DNA of 57,816 bases from an uncultured Nitrososphaeria archaeon (GTDB lineage Archaea; Thermoproteota; Nitrososphaeria_A; Caldarchaeales; Wolframiiraptoraceae), in contig CAYTSD010000004.1 in the NCBI GenBank assembly GCA_964440495.1, positions 1 to 57,816 on the forward strand. The letters are read 5' to 3'. Numbering within the stretch: the stretch's first letter is position 1; every line of letters starts with the position of its first letter. A program made the position numbers and the translations under genes. Below are positions 54,497-57,816 of the stretch, in pieces. The notes beneath the pieces are model-generated. The model ran no database searches, was not told where the DNA came from, and saw only the letters and a program-made list of their open reading frames with translations.

Positions 54497-56404
54497 CTAC
54501 CCCCTCTTCTCAAGCCTCTCCAAAAATCTCTCCCAGACACCCCTCATCTCTCTATAAAAGACTCTAACTAAGTCATATAGTATTAGGAGGAAGAAGACCG
54601 CTATGATTAAGGTTATGAAGATTCTCAGAATCCATAGCTCTTCTGGGATATACCCTATCACCGATGAGGCCGCTATCCAGACGAGCAGGGTTGTGGATAG
54701 ATAGAGCAAATCTACTCCAACTCTCCTCAGAGTTGAGCCAGTTATCTCAAGACTTCTGACAAGCTGGTCCGCCGCCTCCTCCGTGAAGAATTTTAGAACC
54801 ATCAATATCTTGTATCCAAAGTAGATTATTGCAACTATGTTTATAGCTGTGAGTATGTGGGAGACGTTGAATCTTATTAGGTCTGCTAGCTGGAGGCCTA
54901 CGTCTCCGCAGAGGATTGAGGTAAAGTATGTTAGGGCTAGGATTATTATGAGCTTGAAGGCGTTTGTGAAAAGTGCTGTAAGATTTTCTCTTATCGCTCC
55001 CCGTCTCCTAGGTCTTTCCTTGACTTCCATAAGCTCCGGTCTAGGTGGCCGAAGCTCCGGAAGCTTCGGCGCAGGCTTCTCAGCTTTCTTCCTGTAGAGT
55101 ATTATTGCCTTGGCCGCGAATATTGGAGGGGTGGCTGCACAGTAGATTAGAGGGATGAGCGGCTGGTTCAGTAGTCCTCCCACCATTACCGTGAAAAGTC
55201 TAACATCCCTCGTCGCCCATGGGAAGCCTCTCCGAAGCCTCTGTAGATTTATTCTCCCTCCCGCCGCGATGCTGACATAGCTTACCAAGACTACTCCAGC
55301 CGAGGCGAGAGATGTTAGGATGAGGCTGTGGAGTAGGGGTAATGTCTGGAGGGAGTATATTCCTAGGGCGACTACTATGGCTAGGTCTGCGAATCTGTCG
55401 AGAACGGTGTCGAAGAAGCCGCCGAATCTCGTCACCTCCTCCCTGAGCCTCGCAAGCTCCCCATCAACGCCGTCAATTATCGATGAGAGCTGAGCAACGA
55501 TTCCTCCGACAAGGATTAAATTCCATGCTATGAGGAAGGCTGCAGCGATACTTAGAAGAAAGCTGAGAATCGTTACGTGATTTGGTTTAAGCCAAGGTAG
55601 GTGCCTGTAGAGGAGGAGGGAGATTCTCGTGGAGATTGGGCGGTTTATGTAGGTTGAGACTGGGCCGTCGCTTGGCTTGTATAGTGTTCTCCTAAGAATC
55701 TCCCTGTAGAGTTTCCTAGCCTTCACAAGGTCTTCGGGGACATCTATATCCATCCAGAGCCTCCCCGTTACATCTACGTAGGCCGCCTTACCCTGCGCCG
55801 CGGCATAGTTTACTAGGTCTGCGAACACCGCCTTGGCTCCCTTCTCCTCGATAACCTTTCTGATGAGCCTGAGACCCTCCGCATTTATTAGGAATAGGCC
55901 TGTATCCACTCCGCTGAACTCTTTGAGCTTCTTACCAGCCTCCAAGACAACCCTCATTTTCTCTCTTATTCGGAGACCTTCCTCAGCCTCCCTCCATTCT
56001 GGCTCCCTGTCGAGGCATAAGATTACAGGAGCATCTCCATCCGCGGAGACTATTCTCCTAAGAATCTCAGGCTCGAAGAGATGGTCGGACATAACCGCCA
56101 ATACGGAGTCTTCCTCCAGATTCTTCGCCGCTGTATAGAACGAGTAGAGGTTTCCATAGTCTTCCCCCCTTACCTCAACTATCCTCACACTCTCTCCAAC
56201 CCTAGATTTTATGGCGTCCACGTATTCTGGCCTCGTCGCTACGATTATCTCCTCAACCTTCACCTCTCTCAGCAGCTTTATCTGAAAGTCTAGGAGAGAG
56301 ACGCCGGCCTCGACCTCCAGCAAGCATTTCGGAGTATTCCTCGTATAGGGATAAAGCCTCGTCCCCCTCCCAGCAGCAACAATCACCGCTCTCAGCTTAG
56401 TCAT
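54497..56404 (-). CDS. bifunctional nucleotidyltransferase / CDP-alcohol phosphatidyltransferase (IPCT/DIPPS-like) with extra C-terminal membrane domain
   Basis: N-terminal AVIVAAGRGTRLYPYTRNTPKCLLEV (GxGTRxxPxT NTP-transferase). Complete CDP-OH-P motif DGVDGELAR-x8-GGFFDTVLDRFAD. After a Pro/Arg-rich linker (PKLPELRPPRPEL...RPRRRG) come about 190 further residues with several hydrophobic segments. Confidence 0.7.
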   Translation of the reverse strand: MTKLRAVIVAAGRGTRLYPYTRNTPKCLLEVEAGVSLLDFQIKLLREVKVEEIIVATRPEYVDAIKSRVGESVRIVEVRGEDYGNLYSFYTAAKNLEEDSVLAVMSDHLFEPEILRRIVSADGDAPVILCLDREPEWREAEEGLRIREKMRVVLEAGKKLKEFSGVDTGLFLINAEGLRLIRKVIEEKGAKAVFADLVNYAAAQGKAAYVDVTGRLWMDIDVPEDLVKARKLYREILRRTLYKPSDGPVSTYINRPISTRISLLLYRHLPWLKPNHVTILSFLLSIAAAFLIAWNLILVGGIVAQLSSIIDGVDGELARLREEVTRFGGFFDTVLDRFADLAIVVALGIYSLQTLPLLHSLILTSLASAGVVLVSYVSIAAGGRINLQRLRRGFPWATRDVRLFTVMVGGLLNQPLIPLIYCAATPPIFAAKAIILYRKKAEKPAPKLPELRPPRPELMEVKERPRRRGAIRENLTALFTNAFKLIIILALTYFTSILCGDVGLQLADLIRFNVSHILTAINIVAIIYFGYKILMVLKFFTEEAADQLVRSLEITGSTLRRVGVDLLYLSTTLLVWIAASSVIGYIPEELWILRIFITLIIAVFFLLILYDLVRVFYREMRGVWERFLERLEKRG

Positions 56405-56470
56405 CCCAACTGAATAAATGGGTCAAAGATTATTTATTTTTGAGGGAGCCTTATTGATGGAGAGAATGGT

Positions 56471-57805
56471 ATGGAGCCGTATCGGATTACCCGCCAGGTG
56501 ATCTCGAAAGCTAGGAAGCTTGGAGCCACAGACGTGGTAGTTACAGTGTCGTCGGGGACGGAGAGGATGATAAAGTTCTCCAACAACGAGATACTTACGG
56601 TTGAGGAAAGAGTTGAGAACGAGGTCGAGATATTTGTGGCGATAAGGGAGAGGAGGGCGTCGGTCACCGTGAACGAGCTCTCTCAGCCAGCGATAATGAG
56701 AGCTATTAAGGAAGCAGTCTCCCTCGCCAAGAGAAGCCAGCCAAGCGACATATACGCACCCCTACCGAAGGGCCCCTTCAAGTATGACAAAGCCCTACTC
56801 AAAGCTGGGAAGGTTTCCGGAGAGCCTGAGAAGCTTGTCGACCACGTGGATGCGGCTGTAAACGCTGCGTTAGGTGAGGGTGCCAAGAGAGCTGCGGGCT
56901 CACTCGTATATTCTGTGGGGAAAACCTGGCTGAGGACTAGTGGAGGAGCCTACGGTGTTGCCGAGGATTCCGGGATAACACTCTCCATAAGAGCATTCGC
57001 CGACGGAGATGCGACAGGACACTTCGTATCGGTGGCTGCACGTGACCAAGACTTCAAACCCGAGGAGGCTGGAAGGAGGGCTGGAGAGATAGCGAGGATG
57101 GCTGTGAACCCCATGAAAGCGGAGCCTGGAACCTATGAGACGCTGCTCGGCCCTATGACCTTCGCACACCTCGTCGAACATCTAGGCTCAGCGGCTTCAG
57201 CATTCTACGTGGAGACAGGATTATCCTTCCTAGCCGACAAGCTGGGGACACAAGTCGCATCAGAGAAACTGAAGATAGTTGACGACCCAACTATTCCGGG
57301 AACCTATGGAGCCGCAGCCTTCGATGAGGAGGGGCTTCCAACTAGGAGAAACATCATAGTCGAGGAAGGCGTTCTCAAAACCTATCTACATAACTCGACA
57401 ACAGCGAAGAAGTTTGGAACAGAGTCCACCGCCAACGCAGGCCTAATAGTTCCACAGCCATTCAACCTCATAGTCGAGGGAGGAGGGAGAAGCCTCGACA
57501 AACTGATCTCAGGGATAGACGACGGAATCTATGTAACGAACGACTGGTATCTCCGCTACCAAAACTATAGGACGGGAGACTTCTCGACAATCCCTAGAGA
57601 CGGGATCTTCAGGATAAGGAAGGGAAGCATAGAGGGAGCCGTGAGAGGATTGAGAATAAGCGACAACATGCTGAAAATCTTCAGGAACCTGAGGGAACTA
57701 GGAGACGAGAAGTATTGGATACTGTGGTGGGAGGTTGAGACGCCTGTACTCGCACCACATGCAGTAATAGAAGAGATAAACTTCAGCCGCCCACATCAAT
57801 TATAA
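56471..57805 (+). CDS. TldD/PmbA family metallopeptidase
   Basis: Length and overall pattern of the PmbA/TldD family: N-terminal ...AKKLGATDV..., and a C-terminus with GIYVTN...F. 444 aa. Confidence 0.7.
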   Translation: MEPYRITRQVISKARKLGATDVVVTVSSGTERMIKFSNNEILTVEERVENEVEIFVAIRERRASVTVNELSQPAIMRAIKEAVSLAKRSQPSDIYAPLPKGPFKYDKALLKAGKVSGEPEKLVDHVDAAVNAALGEGAKRAAGSLVYSVGKTWLRTSGGAYGVAEDSGITLSIRAFADGDATGHFVSVAARDQDFKPEEAGRRAGEIARMAVNPMKAEPGTYETLLGPMTFAHLVEHLGSAASAFYVETGLSFLADKLGTQVASEKLKIVDDPTIPGTYGAAAFDEEGLPTRRNIIVEEGVLKTYLHNSTTAKKFGTESTANAGLIVPQPFNLIVEGGGRSLDKLISGIDDGIYVTNDWYLRYQNYRTGDFSTIPRDGIFRIRKGSIEGAVRGLRISDNMLKIFRNLRELGDEKYWILWWEVETPVLAPHAVIEEINFSRPHQL

Positions 57806-57816
57806 ACATTCTTAAA

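Noticed and set aside
1-57816. Search for CRISPR arrays, IS elements or transposases, integrases, and rRNA/tRNA genes.
   Set aside because: None found. There are no regularly spaced direct repeats, no DDE/tyrosine recombinase-like ORFs and no cloverleaf-compatible sequences in the intergenic spacers.

Overview
Gene-dense chromosomal segment (about 65 CDS, very short intergenic spacers, many 4-nt start/stop overlaps and overlapping convergent 3' ends) from an archaeon of the TACK/Thermoproteota radiation. Gene content looks Aigarchaeota-like (Ca. Caldiarchaeum-like). Archaeal markers are ribosomal proteins S17e, L10e and L21e, RpoF, KsgA, GatD/GatE, glycerol-1-phosphate dehydrogenase, tRNA-splicing endonuclease, the thiolase/HMG-CoA synthase/DUF35 trio, CdvB/CdvC (ESCRT-III/Vps4) and KEOPS Cgi121 with Sua5. 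Housekeeping blocks include hom plus aspartate kinase, pstSCAB-phoU with a divergent AbrB-PhoU regulator, glmS, glyS, proC, ilvE and aminotransferases. Notable loci: (1) 17.8-20.9 kb holds a complete eukaryote-type ubiquitin cascade: a divergent JAMM/Rpn11-like protease, then Ub-like, E2, E1 and small RING. This type is known from Ca. Caldiarchaeum subterraneum. About 1.4 kb downstream is a second, membrane-anchored RING paralog, separated by two coiled-coil genes. (2) 43.2-47.6 kb holds a translationally coupled NurA-like nuclease and divergent HerA/FtsK-type ATPase with no mre11/rad50 nearby, directly abutted by four small paralogous proteins sharing an N-terminal strand-rich motif and a C-terminal winged helix. 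This is my best candidate for an undescribed system. (3) 52.2-56.4 kb is an operon of a nucleotidyltransferase/CDP-alcohol phosphatidyltransferase fusion (IPCT/DIPPS-like, with an extra C-terminal membrane domain), a kinase-fold protein and an NPPM methyltransferase. (4) At 7.24-7.30 kb there is a textbook-geometry C/D box sRNA, next to a ThiS/MoaD-type beta-grasp gene ending in GG. No rRNA, tRNA, CRISPR array, transposase or integrase was found. All functional calls come from motif recognition by eye in the supplied translations; no searches were run.
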